64,000 bases of DNA, taken from Octopus vulgaris. Lineage: Eukaryota. The position numbers were made by a program, and so were the translations under genes. Shown here piece after piece: positions 37,525-50,550 of the stretch; within the stretch, counting starts at the first letter, position 1, and every line of letters begins with the position of its first letter. The DNA lies in NCBI GenBank assembly GCA_951406725.2, contig OX597817.1:95480001-95544000 (forward strand), given 5' to 3'. The notes under the pieces are model-generated. The model did not search any database and was not told the DNA's origin. It saw only the letters and a list, made by a program, of their open reading frames with translations.

Positions 37525-40399
37525 GGGCAAATCGAAGTGAAGTTGATACCCCCGTCTCTGATGCCCTTTATTCTGCTTGTTCCCCAACTCCCGCCCCTCA
37601 GACTTCACAGCTCAGCATCGTCTACACCAACTCGTGCTCCTTATTCCCAAAGTTCAGTGAACTATTTACACTGGCCCTACGCGACTCCCCTGATGTGATA
37701 GCTATCACCGAGACTTGGCTGACTCCAGCAGTAAAGGACTCAGAGATCCACCTGCAGGGCTACGTCCTTTTCAGATGTGACAGAGGAAAAAGGCGAGGTG
37801 GAGGTGTTGCTGTGTATGTTAGGTCTGAGCACAAACCGTCCTGCGGTATTCTACCCACAAATGCTCAACCTACAACCAAATTCGATGCCGTCTATTGCAA
37901 GCTGAGCCTATCTGAGTTTTGCCTGCCCGTGTTGGCTGTCTACAGGCCGCCTCTAGCCGACCCCCAGGACGATGCTCATCTACTCGAAGCGATAAGATTC
38001 GTTTCAGCTTCGCATGACTGCTTGGTACTAGGCGACTTCAACGCTCCCACGATCGATTGGCCCGCATCAATTTGTACAACATCTTCCCGGTTCGGCCAGG
38101 CCCTTCTTGACGTGGCTGAAGATTGTTTTCTATCGCAACATGTTGAATATCCGACAAGGCATCGGTCTGGGCAGCAGCCATCTATGCTAGATCTGGTATT
38201 CTCCCGCTTTCCAAGATCAGTGTCAGACGTATCTGTGTGTGCCCCTCTTGCCAAGAGTGATCATGCGGTCCTGAAGTTCGTCATGCACACATCTTTTTCC
38301 ACGCCCACGATTACTTCGCTGCCACGTAGAGTCTTCTCTGCAATTAATCTTGAAATTCTAACCGAGGCTTCCGCGCTTCTGGACTGGCGTTCCCTGATGA
38401 CGTTGTCCTCAGTTGACGAACTATGGTCATCCCTCAAAGCATATGTAATCTGTTTTGACTGACCAGGCAGTTCCCGATGGACTTCCCAAGAGGAAGAAAC
38501 ACAAGCCCTGGGTGACGAAGAAGGTTAAACGAGAACGTCGACTCAGAGATATTGCTTGGGCTGAATTCAAAAATCTGGATTCGACTGCAGCTTTTGAGGT
38601 GTACAAAACTCAACGAGACCGAGCCGTGAAAATTGAAAAGAAAGAACGCTTCAGTTATGAATACAAAATCGCGGCAAATGCCAGTAGCAATCCAAAAACC
38701 TTCTTTGCCCATGTCCAGCGGAATTCCCGCTTGAACAACCAGATTGCAACGTTGGTAGACTCAACAGGCGTATCGATTGAGGACCCTTATAAACAGAGTC
38801 AATTATTTGCCGAGGCTTTTTCAACTATTTTCAAACAAGATGATGGTCGTGAACCCCCTCCATTTGATAGATCGGTACCTCCAATGCTTCGATTGATCAT
38901 CACGCGGGACCAAGTCAAACGTGTTATTCAAGGCCTCGATGTCAACAAGGGTCACGGCCCTGACGGCATACACCCACGGGTTATCAAAGCGTTGGCTCCG
39001 GTAATCTGCGAGCCCTTAACACGACTATTCAATATGTCATTGGCGACGGGTGTTATACCTGCAGACTGGAGAACAGCGATAATCTGCCCAATTTTCAAGA
39101 AAGGGAGCCGCGAAGACCCGCTTAACTACCGACCGGTTTCCCTTACATCAATCATCAGCAAGATGTTCGAAACCATCCTTAAGAAAAGTATGATGCTCCA
39201 CCTCCTAAACACAACCTCGATCACTGATTCCCAACACGGCTTCGTGCCGAAGAGATCATGCTTGACCAACTTACTAGTAATGGAAGAATTGGTGACGCGC
39301 ATCCTCGATGATAGTGATGCTGTTGACATCGTTTTATTGGACTTTGCCAAAGCTTTTGACTCGGTAAACCACCACCTACTACTTGTCAAGCTTCAAGCAT
39401 ATAGTTTCCATCCGGATATTGTACGATGGGTTGGTGCCTTCCTCTCAGATCGCTCCTTCCAAGTTCAAGTTAATGGTTCGCGGTCCGACGTCTCCAGTGC
39501 GAGCAGTGGCGTGCCTCAAGGTTCAGTGCTTGGGCCCTTGTTGTTCTTAGTCTTCATAAATGACTTGCCCGACGACCTCACGCAACACACCCTTCTATTT
39601 GCCGACGATATCAAACTGGTCGCTCCTCGCGGTAGTATAGAGGATCTTCGTCGATGCCTCCACCAAATTTGGAAGTGGTCTAACGATTGGGACCTGTGTC
39701 TGAACGTGTCAAAGTGCTGTCATCTGCCTGTCGGCTCTACTCCTGCAACTCAACTTGATTTCGAGCCGGGTCGTCTGCTGCTGGAGAGGACCGATCAGGT
39801 AAAGGACCTGGGTATCTTGGTGGATTCCTCCTTTTCGCCTTCGGCCCAGTGCGTCCATGCTGCCAACAAAGCGCGCGGAATTCTGTTTTTGATTCGACGG
39901 TCATTCGGAATGCTCACAGCAGCCATATTCCTGCCACTCTATGTCACGCTGGTGAGACCCATATTGGAGTATGGGATTCAAGCCTCTTCTCCTTATCTCC
40001 TCAAAGACATACAGCACCTCGAAAGAGTCCAGAGGCTGGCTACCCCGCATGGTTCATGGTCTCAAAAATTTGTCCTACGAAGAAAGGCTGAGGACGCTCG
40101 ACCTTTGTTCTCTTGAAAAACGCCGCCGCCGTGGTGATCTCATTCTCGCCCACAACATCATAAGCGGGAAGTGTAACCTTTCGAAAGAGCTGTTCTTCAC
40201 TCCTGCTCCGGAGCGTCGGCTGCGGGGTCATTCCGAAAAGCTCTACCTGCGACGATTTCATCTAAATCGAAGGAGAGGAGCTTTCTCCGTCCGGGTTGCG
40301 GATCCGTGGAACAAGCTGCCAGACGAGATGGTGAAGATGCCGACGACCGCTTTGTTCAAAGCCTCCCTGGACCTCAAGTGGCCTGAACTCTTTACATGA
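37521..40399 (+). CDS. LINE ORF2 APE endonuclease plus reverse transcriptase, two +1 frameshifts
   Basis: AITETWL, GGGVAVYV, YRPP, GDFNAP, SDH; GPDGIHP, YRPVSLTS, QHGF, DFAKAFDSVNH, GVPQGSVLGP, FADD; shifts near 38455 and 40045. Confidence 0.92.
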
Positions 40400-41239
40400 A
40401 CACCACCCTGTACTTAACTCCATGTCCCCCTACATGGCCTTGCTATTTGCTTTTGAGCCAAATTAACTAACTAACTAACTAACTAACTTGCGGCTGCAGC
40501 AGCTATTAGCAGAAGTGGCGGTGTTGGGGGTAAAGTCTCGAATGTAATTTCTTCCTGGTAGGAATTGGTTGGGTTGAATTATCGATAGCTGTTTGATAGT
40601 TATTTGGGAGTGAAGAGAAGACATTGCAACCTACACATGTGCCTTCGTTCCCTAGAGGGAAAGGACTAGATTGGGATTAGTCGTTGCCTACTAGGGGCTC
40701 TTACATACCCGGGCAACGCCGGGCTATGCTGCTAGTAACCTATATCTACATATATACTCTGTTATTCATTTACTCACATTCATATACTTATCGATACTTA
40801 TAAACAAAGCGAAAAACGAAACCAACTCTATACGGACATTCTATACATACATCAAAGATAAATTCTATACATACATCAAAACCAAAATGATACCAATATA
40901 AAACAATATATTGTTTTAGTTTCCATCTACGACTTACGCTTACATACTCTCGCCTCCCCCACATCCCAACACCACCACACCACACCACACACCACCACAT
41001 CATACACCAACACACCACACAGCACTATACCACACCACACCACATCACACCACATCACACGACATGACACCACCCCGCACACACTAGCACTGACCACTTC
41101 CCAGAACCCACACGAGAGCACACACTAGCACTGACCACTTCCCAGCACCCACACCATCATCCACACAACCTACACATGAACACACGCACGCGTCAAGGTC
41201 ACCAGCCCCTTCCACACACACATACACGCTCTCACAGTC

Positions 41240-43700
41240 AAAAGCATTGGATCGGGTCGACTATTACCACTTGGTGTTATACATCAGCACGCCTGGCGTC
41301 GGGCCTGTCTGGATCGCTGCAATGAACTGCAATACTTTCTCGTTGGTCAAAGTAAATACCCTACTAACGGAATCGTTCAGTATCGTGCGTTCGGTCTGTC
41401 AAGGGCGCACCTTTCTCCCCTCTTCTGTATATATTGACTCTAGAGCTTCTACTGCAGAGGTTCCGAGAAGCATCCTGCGAGAACTAGGATGCAGAAGACC
41501 TCTGACTATATATGTGAACAAAGTCACCGCAATAGTGTCGAACACCATAACATCTGGGTTTCCTACTCTCCACAACTACCCGTATCTGCAAAACATGAAG
41601 GTTGCATTGCTAGGGTGTGCGCGCTGAAAAAGACGTGGGTTGGGCCCGATTGGAGTAGGCACAGTACTGCAACAAAACTAAAACCCTGTCTGTGGCTATC
41701 ACAAGGGTCGTGTGCTCTTCGATCCCAAGCAGACGAGCGTGGAGTTTCGCAGCACTTCGCCGAACTGTTTTCGGGGAGCAGTTCACCCGAGACACCGGTT
41801 TTGAGGACTACCTTAATATTTTGCCGCGCCTATCGGGACAGGGAAATTGAGTGTTGTGAGAAAACGAGTCCATGGGAAGAAGTAGCAGATGTGCTGAGTC
41901 GCTGCGTGGCGCGCAAATCACGAAGATAGTATAGTCTGCTCTACAAGCTATATTTCCGCATGCCAGACTTGTTTGCACTTGTTTTGACAATCATACATCC
42001 ATCTACTGCAGCTGGCAACAGACTGGGAGCAGTCGCTGTCGTGTGAGCCAGGGAGTGCTGACTCTGCTGAAGAAGGATCGAAACAAGAGAGACATAATTG
42101 AAAATTTCAGGCCAATTTCTTTGCTCAAAACTGAGTTAAAGAATTTTGCTAAGGTGCTCGCCAAGAGGCTCGCACTTGTCGGGAGTATTATCAGAGTTGT
42201 GCAAACCTCTGCGATTCCTGGCAGGTCTATTCCCAACAACCTCCACCTCATGAGATACATCGAAGAACGGGTGGAGCACTGGTGAATTTGGATCACTCCA
42301 AGGTATTTGATAAGGAAAACCATAGTTATCTGGTGGCTGTCCTGAGAGCTATCGGTTTCGGTCCTATCTTTAGAAGCTGGATTACCACAATGCACAGTGG
42401 CGTCTGTTCCGTAGTCAAATTTAACGGCCGTCCCTTGACAACCATCTACTCCAGCTGACAACAGACTGGGCGCACGGTTCGTCAAGTATGCTTAGCCTCG
42501 CTCCGCTTTTATATGTTTTGGCAATGGAACTTATGTTACGAAGGCAAGAGAGTTGGAGGGGCATCCAGCTGAAACTAGGTCACAGGAGCGCAGTGTCTGC
42601 AAACGCAGACGACGTCACTGTTATGGTGTTGGACACTTCGGATATAAAAGCGAACGATACTGTACTGAAAAAATACCAGTTATGTATAGGAGCACACATA
42701 AACCAGGACAAACCGTGGGGTTTGCTACTAGGATCTTGTAGAGGCGAATTCATGTTGACTAACGGCAATTTCTGTCGTTAGACTGAGGGTTCGGTGAAAG
42801 TACTCAGAGTCTGCTTCGGACCAGATCATCCCAGGTGGATAAAGATTATGAGCATGGTAGTCAATCTCTGAAAGGCCGGACGGAAGTAGCGAATGCATAT
42901 ATCCCCTCAGTGGTTTATTACTGCTTGACCGTTATACCTTGTTCCAAGAAAACTCTGAGCGCTTGTTTTTCCAATTCTTATGGAACGGTAAGGTTTCGCT
43001 GGTCAAGAAATGCATCTGCTGTTAATATCCACTCCGTGATGGTGTCAGAATGGCGTCGGCACGTGGTGGCGCCGGAACGCGTTGAGGCCGAGGCACTTGC
43101 AGAAATACCTAAATCATTTGCGATTGTGTCAACGACGATGAAAACAAGGGCAAACTGGTGTGGGTGTCCAACACGTGACACGTCTTTCTGCAGCTCATCT
43201 TGACCGAGCTGCAGTCATGGGTTAAGCGTAGGCCAAGATTGGGCATAAAGCATCTAGAACGTTGCCAGGCACTTACAGCATTATATCAACTCGACAAAGC
43301 TGTTTGCGGGAAAGTAACTGAAGATCTCCAAAGGGAGTTTGTCGTGGATATGAACGGTGATGGCCTGGGATTGACTCTAGGTATCGACGAAAACTATGGT
43401 CGCTTCTGGAGGACTTTCAGATCGAAGACCATGGACAACTTCCAAAAGTCATTGTGATACAGGAGGGAGGAGGGAGGAGGGCATTGCTTGTTGGAGACAA
43501 GCTCTTCAGGCAAGGTAGCATCAACAGCTGAATCTGCTCGAGATGCACGCAGATCATTCAATTTATTTTTCTAATTCTATTTGTAGGTCATTGTTGTAGT
43601 GTCTGCCTTTGATCAATCAAAACCCCATCTGTTTGTGTGTTATCTCATCCTATGGGATTGTCTTCAATGTCCTGGGCCCTTGTGGTTAATATAAGAAATT
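41240..43700 (+). mobile_element. Degenerate L1/Tx1-type RT fragments (two pieces)
   Basis: VLTLLKKD..NFRPISLLKTELKNFAKVLAKRL, IPGRSIPNNLHLMRY, LAPLLYVLAME, ANADDVTV, TELQSWVKRRPR, MDNFQKSL. Confidence 0.8.
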
Positions 43701-43782
43701 TTTCTTCTTATTTTGTTGATAGTGGTATCATTGCTCAAGTAGTGGTAGTTACTTGAGCAGCTCATGTATGTATGTATGTATG

Positions 43783-43816
<34 letters not shown>

Positions 43817-44543
43817 TGTATGTATGTATGTATGTATGTATGTATGTATGTATGCATGTACGTATGTGTGTATGTCTATGTATATATTTATGTATGTATG
43901 CATGTATATATTTATCTATGTATATATGTGTATATATTATGTTCACATATGTACCACTATGCGTATATACTTTTAGATTTTTATTTCTTTTTTATGTATA
44001 TATGTGTGTATGTGTATTTGTGCAAATAGAGGTGTGTACATGAGAGTGTATGTGTGTAAATATATCTCTTATTATAAAAGGCAGATTTTATCTGCCTCCC
44101 TTTGGGAGTTATAGAAATCTACAATATAGGATTTCTTCAATTACAATTTACCTGGCATTTTTAAGAGTACAATGCATCGCGTCATGCCAGGTCCAGTTTT
44201 TAAAATTTAAACTCCAATTAAGCAAAATTTACAGAAAACTCACATTCTGGTGTGTGTGTCAAATGCTTTTCTTAGTCTGGTTTACAGCACACGCAAACGC
44301 ACACACACACTGTGTAACGAATAAAGTGAAACTAGATGTAATATTTGTTTCTGTCTATCACGCTGATAGATACATGAGTAAAATGTATGGGAAGCTAACA
44401 AATAAGAGTGAGTGAAAATGTTCTTGGAAGAGAGTAAATTTGAAGCTTGAGAACAATCAGATACATTTGCAACACATCTGTTGAAAATATTATTGTTCAC
44501 ACACATACATATACATATATACATACAGACAGACAGACAGATA

Positions 44544-44583
<40 letters not shown>

Positions 44584-44712
44584 ATCCAGCATGGCCACAA
44601 CCTCAAGGCTGAAACATATAAAAGAATAACAGAATATAAATGTGTGCATGTGTGTGAGAGAAAGAGTGTGTGTGTATATGTATGTATGTATGTATATATA
44701 TATATATATATA

Positions 44713-45305
44713 TAATAATGCGGTTTTTTTCAACAGCTTGAACTAAAAGTCAGAGGGGAATGGGATAAACTACTTATATTAACTTGCTATAAAAGCAGGT
44801 AGTAATTTTATCTTGTCCTTATTCATAGTGCAAGTTTTGAAGAGTGCATTTCGATTTTAACAGCTATTTTTTTCAAAGCTATGTTGGAAGTAACAAAGGA
44901 GCATATTTGGCATATTTTGCTTTATGAGTTCAATAAAGACAACAACGCAACGGAAAGTACAAGAAATATTAATGCAGTATATGGGGATTGGACAATAAGC
45001 GTAAGGCAGTGTCAATGGTGGTTCCAGAAATTCCGAGCCATAAACTACAGCCTAGAAGACGAGCCTCATCCTGAAAGATCTGTAGAACTCGACAAGGACA
45101 TCCTGAAAACCCTGGTGGAACAAAATCTCATCGTAACTGTTGAGGAACTAGCAGAGAAGCTTGGATTTGGTCATTCAACCATTCATTGAGACCTGTGTGC
45201 TATCGGAAAAGTCAGCAAATTGGGTCAATGGGTTCCTCACGAACTTTCCGAGTCTAATTGCATGCAGAGAGTGAATGTATGCTTTTCTTTGCTGTCACAT
45301 CTCAC
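44713..45305 (+). mobile_element. mariner fragment (5' part)
   Basis: EVTKEHIWHILLYEFNK..WFQKFR..SLEDEP..TVEELAEKLGFGHSTIH, WVPHEL; same family as 58838-59680. Confidence 0.85.
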
Positions 45306-45324
45306 CACTACTGCGCTATGTATA

Positions 45325-45942
45325 TCTATATATATAAAACTGTAGTTGTGTGAGTGTCTGTCCCCTTCGATTTAGATTCCTAACTACTCCCACATTTTGC
45401 GGTGCAGTTTAACCAAATTCGGGTAGCTTATAGTCGTGATTCATATCGAGCCCGTCTACGATGAGTCTACGATTTTAAAAATAATTTAACATCATTTTTT
45501 ATTCCATTTTAATGCATAATTTTTCGTGTGTCGATGGCGGCGGAGTTGGCGTCCACGCTCACACCTGCACCTGTGGGGAAGGGAGTGTAAGGAAATCAAC
45601 GTCGTAATGCGTTGTCAAGGAGACCAGCGTTCTTTTAGAACAACGACTTCATGGCTTGAAGACACCAAAACAGAAATGGCTAAGAAAGCGTCTACATGAT
45701 CTACGATTTAAAAAAAAATTTACCATCGTTTTTTTCCCATTTTAATGCATTTTTTCGTTATTATATAAGGGAAGTAACTCTCTAAAAATGTCTACGATGA
45801 GTCAACGATTTAAAAAAAAATTTACCATCATATTTTTTCCATTTTTAATGTATTTTTTGCTATTTTTTGGCTATAACTCTCTAAAAATGCTTATATAGTT
45901 ATTTCCCTTACAAACCCGAGCAACGCCGGGCGATACTGCTAG
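45325..45942 (+). mobile_element. Non-autonomous Helitron
   Basis: A|TCtatatatataaaa ... cccgagcaacgccggg hairpin ... CTAG|T; three internal ~65-bp repeats at ~45454, ~45690, ~45790. Confidence 0.8.
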
Positions 45943-46026
45943 TCTACATATATATGTGCGCGTGTGTATGTATGTATGCATGTATGTATATATATATTTA
46001 TATACACACACAAATATTTATATATA

Positions 46027-47242
46027 CAGGGTGCGATGGATAAATTGTCGCTATTTTATAATTTTAAGTTCGCGCATGCGATTGTTTGATTTTGATTTTG
46101 TCGACTACACAGTATAATAGGGTCAGTTAAGCACCGTCTGGGGAAAAACAGCATCATGACACAATTCACTCAGCCAGAAATTTGGAAACGACATGCTGTA
46201 CTGCTTGGCATTCGCGCCGGAAGCTCTAATACACACATTTTAGGGTGTTTAGATGTCAATCTGAGGACAGTGCAGAGCATTCGGAAAGAGTTGAATGATT
46301 TTAGTGGTAATTACGAAGGTACGGCAGCTCGGAAAAACTCACTCTGATCGTTCCGATAAAAAAAAACAAAAAAAGTTCTGAATTTGTTGGTGAGATCCAG
46401 GCCATGATTGACAACGATCCCTCCATGTCAACCAGGTACATTGCCAGGGACATGGGAGTGTCTGAGTTTATTATCAGGCAGGTAGTGCATGAAAACATTT
46501 GGTATTCCTCATACAAGATGAGAAAGGGCCAGTTTTTATTCCAAGCCATCAAGGACAAGAGGAAAGGCCGCTTTACGAAGCTTTGGAACAAACTCTAGCA
46601 TCCCCTCCAACCGAACAGGCTTTGGTTTTTCTCAGACGAGAAAATTTTTTGCCAGGATCAGATGGTGACCAGAGCAACCGTTCGCTTGCCGTGTCCCCAA
46701 AACACGTACCGAGACCCTATGTCTGTCAACTGGACTCTGCATCATGACACACAAGCAGGAGAACCCAGTCATGGCTGTCAAACAATTTCTGCGACCATAT
46801 CACACCTAACATCTGGCCACCTAACTCCCCAGACGGCAAGGATCATGTCAGTATTCACCAACAAAGACATCATCCAGAAAAGTTGCAGGAGATTCCGAAG
46901 TCGTCTGGGTGCGGTGGTTGAAGCCAATGGTGAGTTTATTGAATAAATTTGTTCTTTAGTATTTCAAAATATTTGTATGTAATTTTGCTGAATATATCTG
47001 TTAAAATGGAATGTCATTGTTATTTTCATTTTTCTACTTTAGGCACAAGGCCTGAAATTTTGGGGGAGGGAGCCAGTCGATTAGATAGACCCCAGTACGC
47101 AGCTGGTACTTAATTTATCGACCCCGGAAGGATGAAAGGCAAAGTCGACCTCGGTGGAATTTGAACTCAGAATGTAAAGACAACCGAAATGCCGGTAAGA
47201 ATTTCGCCCGGTATGCTAGACAACAATATATTCACCGCACCC

Positions 47243-47244
<2 letters not shown>
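46027..47244 (+). mobile_element. Internally deleted Tc1/mariner-superfamily (maT-like) transposon with TIRs
   Basis: TA|cagggtgcgatggataaattgt ... acaatatattcaccgcaccctg; DPSMSTRYIARDMGVS, FFSDEK, WPPNSPD remnants. Confidence 0.8.
47030..47218 (-). mobile_element. SINE inserted near the right TIR of the transposon
   Basis: Same core and B-box as other copies. Confidence 0.85.
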
Positions 47245-47278
<34 letters not shown>

Positions 47279-47292
47279 ATACATACATACAT

Positions 47293-47330
<38 letters not shown>

Positions 47331-48059
47331 GTATATAAACGTGTGTGTATGGGTGTGTGACTGTGTGTGCGTGTGTGTGAGTGTATGTGTGTGTGTGTGT
47401 GTGTGCGCGCGCGTACATACACACACATGCACACATTTATGTGTCGTATATGCTATATATTTCTTTCAGACTCCGGCAACCCAATTGATGAAGCGATTTA
47501 ATGACAACGTGTACACCAGCCTTTTTTTTCTTATCTACCCAACGCACACATTTGTGTTTTTCTGTTTTTCATTCGTTTATACGATTTGTATTACTTTATT
47601 GTTTTCCTTACCCATCTAACCTTTTCTTGTGTTTTTATTCCAATGGCCCACTTTTTGTATCTGTTGCCTTGACTTCTTAAATCTCTCAAGTTAAACTGCG
47701 ATACATTCGTTTGCATATATTGTTTATATATTTTTATTCAATTATTTGTATAATTGCTATCTCTCTCTTTTCTCTTTTCTTTCTATCATTGGTTGATGCA
47801 TGAATTATGTGTATACATAAGAGTAAAATTGCTGCTATAAATTGAATTTCAACATACCACTTTCTGATGTGGTTGACGATCGATATAAGTGCTAATAATT
47901 GATTATCGACAATTGAAACGATTGAAAGTAAATAACTGAAATACTATTTGCGGCTAGTCTGTCCGCCCGTCCGTCCGTCCATTCATCCGTCCGTCCGTTC
48001 GTCCGACCGTCCGCCCGTCCGTCAGTCCGTTCGTCAGTCCGTCCGTCTGTCAGACCGTT

Positions 48060-49435
48060 TGACCCTACCATCACCAAACTACAACGCATCCTCTTTCGCT
48101 TCTTGTGGAAAGGATGCGTCCCGATGGTCAGGCGATCCATTTGCTGTCAACACCCGTTAAAAGGAGGGCTGGGCATGCCGTGGTTGATGATGCGCAGACA
48201 CGCGCTGAGACTGCGACATCTCTGGCTCTATGTAGACGACGGTGAACAGGTGTGGTCGCCGTTTGTGAGGCACGCTTTCCCGCAGCTCGTCTCCATGACC
48301 GAACTGCAGTCGTGGATCAAAAAGAGGCCGAGGAAGGGCGAATGGCACCGCGAGTGTCGCGTTGCTCTCAAGCAACTCTGCCGTCCTGGGTCGACCTTAA
48401 GTGACTTCAACACAACCAAAGCATTCTATAGGGGTTTAGTGGAGGGGAGGTACGACGACGAGCTCGGGGCGAACCTGGACATCGACGAGGAGTACCTGAC
48501 CCGCCTGTTCAGGACGACTTTCGGGCCAGGGCCCATGGACAACTTCCAGAGATCCCTGGCCTGGCAGTGCTACCGAGAAGCGCTACCCGTTCGGGATAAG
48601 CTCTACAGACACGGCTCGAGAAACACGGGGCCGACCTGCCCGAGATGCGGTCAGAGCGACGAAACCGTTCTGCACGCACTCGTTCAGTGTCCAACAATTT
48701 CCGACCTGTGGGCTTATGTCGAACAACTGCTGTCACGTGTGGGACGAGTCGGTTTATCAGCTGAGTCTATCGTCAATATTGTCACGCCTCCTTCCTTCAA
48801 ACGGGAAGGAAGAGCTATTTTCATCATCCTTGTGGCTATGGCGAAAGAATGTATCTGGTGGACGCGTCTGAAAGGATTGGAGACAAACACTTTCCTCTCT
48901 GGTCAATCTCTCATCAACTTCTTCAAGTACCACTTGAAAAGGAAAGTGAGAGTAGAGAGGCAAGTTTTGTCTAGCGAATGTTTTAAAAAAAGATGGGTGA
49001 ATGTAGCAAGAATGGCACGTATGAATGACGAAGCCACCTTGAGCATAGTCCTATGAACCCAGAAATCGAAAACAGAGAGTTGCTTATTTGCAAAAAAAAA
49101 AAAAAAAAAGAAATATAAAATGTGACTTCATTGACCGAGGTTACCGTGGTCTTTTCCGTAGGCTTTTCTTTCCACGGGTAAACCTCACCTGTCCTCCCCT
49201 TTACACTTCATATTGACATTTCTGTGATAACGATCCCTATTGATCAATTTTTTTTTTCCTCTCCCCCTTTTTTTTTTAACCCCCTTTTTTTGTCCTCTTT
49301 CTCTCCTTTTACGATCCCTTTTGATCGAAACTCCCCCTTCCTTTTTTTTTTTTTTTTTTTTAAACCTTCAAAAGAAAAGCTCTACCTTGTAATTTGTTCT
49401 ATCTGTGTGCAGCCCTGTGTGGCTAATAAAGAAAC
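48060..49435 (+). mobile_element. Young 5'-truncated L1/Tx1-type LINE (uninterrupted ORF2 C-terminus plus 3'UTR)
   Basis: ORF 48103-49056: KGGLGMP, EALPVRDKL, CPRCGQSDETVLHALVQC knuckle; T-rich UTR ending ctaataaagaaac then (TATC)n; (CCGT)n upstream. Confidence 0.88.
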
Positions 49436-49436
49436 A

Positions 49437-49509
<73 letters not shown>

Positions 49510-49518
49510 GTCTATCTG

Positions 49519-49571
<53 letters not shown>

Positions 49572-49656
49572 GTCCCTGTCTGTCGCTGTCTGTCGCTGTC
49601 TGTCTTTCGCTCCCTCTCCTTTTCTGTTTCTCTGTCTTTGTCTCTTTTCCCCTACT

Positions 49657-49742
<86 letters not shown>

Positions 49743-49841
49743 ATCTATCTATCTATGTCCCTGTCTGTCACTGTCTGTCGCTGTCTGTCTTTCGCTCCCT
49801 CTCCTTTTCTGTTTCTCTGTCTTTGTCTCTTTTCCCCTACT

Positions 49842-49919
<78 letters not shown>

Positions 49920-49920
49920 A
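49436..49920. repeat. (TATC)n with a duplicated ~87-bp CT-rich unit
   Basis: 49571-49657 repeated at 49756-49842. Confidence 0.9.
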
Positions 49921-50449
49921 ACCAACCCGAGTATCTGTGAAAATGAATGATAATTGTCAGTTAGCTGCTAAATATAACATGGAATGATTCTGCTTTGAGC
50001 TGCGAAATCTGATAGCTAACGTTTAACCAAACGTACAATTCTCAACTCTACTAGTATTTCAGTAAATTCTTTGATTTTAACAGAGATGATGTTATTTTCG
50101 TTGACACCATAACACAATCCAATATCTTTTATAATTTATCAAAGCTATATGCGTTTGTTACGCAATCTTAAGATTTATTAATGTAATTTGTTAAGAAAGA
50201 TTCTTCTTATATAACAGTTATATTGTTAAGGAAATATGTGTAAGAGGAAACGACTAAATTATCTAAAAACTCTCCAGTTTTGTTCTCTTTGTATTGGTCG
50301 TTTTGTATTGGACTGTAGATATATCGTCTAGAGTAACAGCTCTGTAAGAAATAGTCTTACAAGAATTTACATCGATTTAAACGAGTAAACACACACATAT
50401 ACACATACATCTGTGTGTGGTTGTGTCTTTTAATACATTATTATATTAC

Positions 50450-50550
50450 CCGTAGCTTACAATCAATGTTGCTATTTTACCTCTTCTTTTATGAAGATTT
50501 AGGAGAATATCTAAATGGTTGCCATCACTAAATGTGATGATATCAACTCG
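50450..50550 (-). pseudogene. Decayed partial copy of the VWA exon
   Basis: gaatatctaaatggttgccatcactaaatgtgatgatatcaactcg vs 56678 gaatatctaaatgggcggtgtcactaaatgtgatgataccaactcg; RVDIITFSDGNHLDILLN vs RVGIITFSDTAHLDIPLN. Confidence 0.6.

Larger units (their letters stand above)
36444..40488 (+). mobile_element. Near-intact two-ORF CR1/L2-group LINE with (CTAA)n tail
   Basis: ORF1 plus APE-RT ORF2, short 3'UTR, tail 40463-40488; 5' boundary approximate. Confidence 0.92.
36042..40735 (+). mobile_element. Non-autonomous Helitron interrupted by a LINE
   Basis: A|TCtctctctatataaa start; subterminal hairpin cccgggcaacgccggg then CTAG|T at 40732-40736; same 3' end as element at 45325-45942. Confidence 0.72.
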
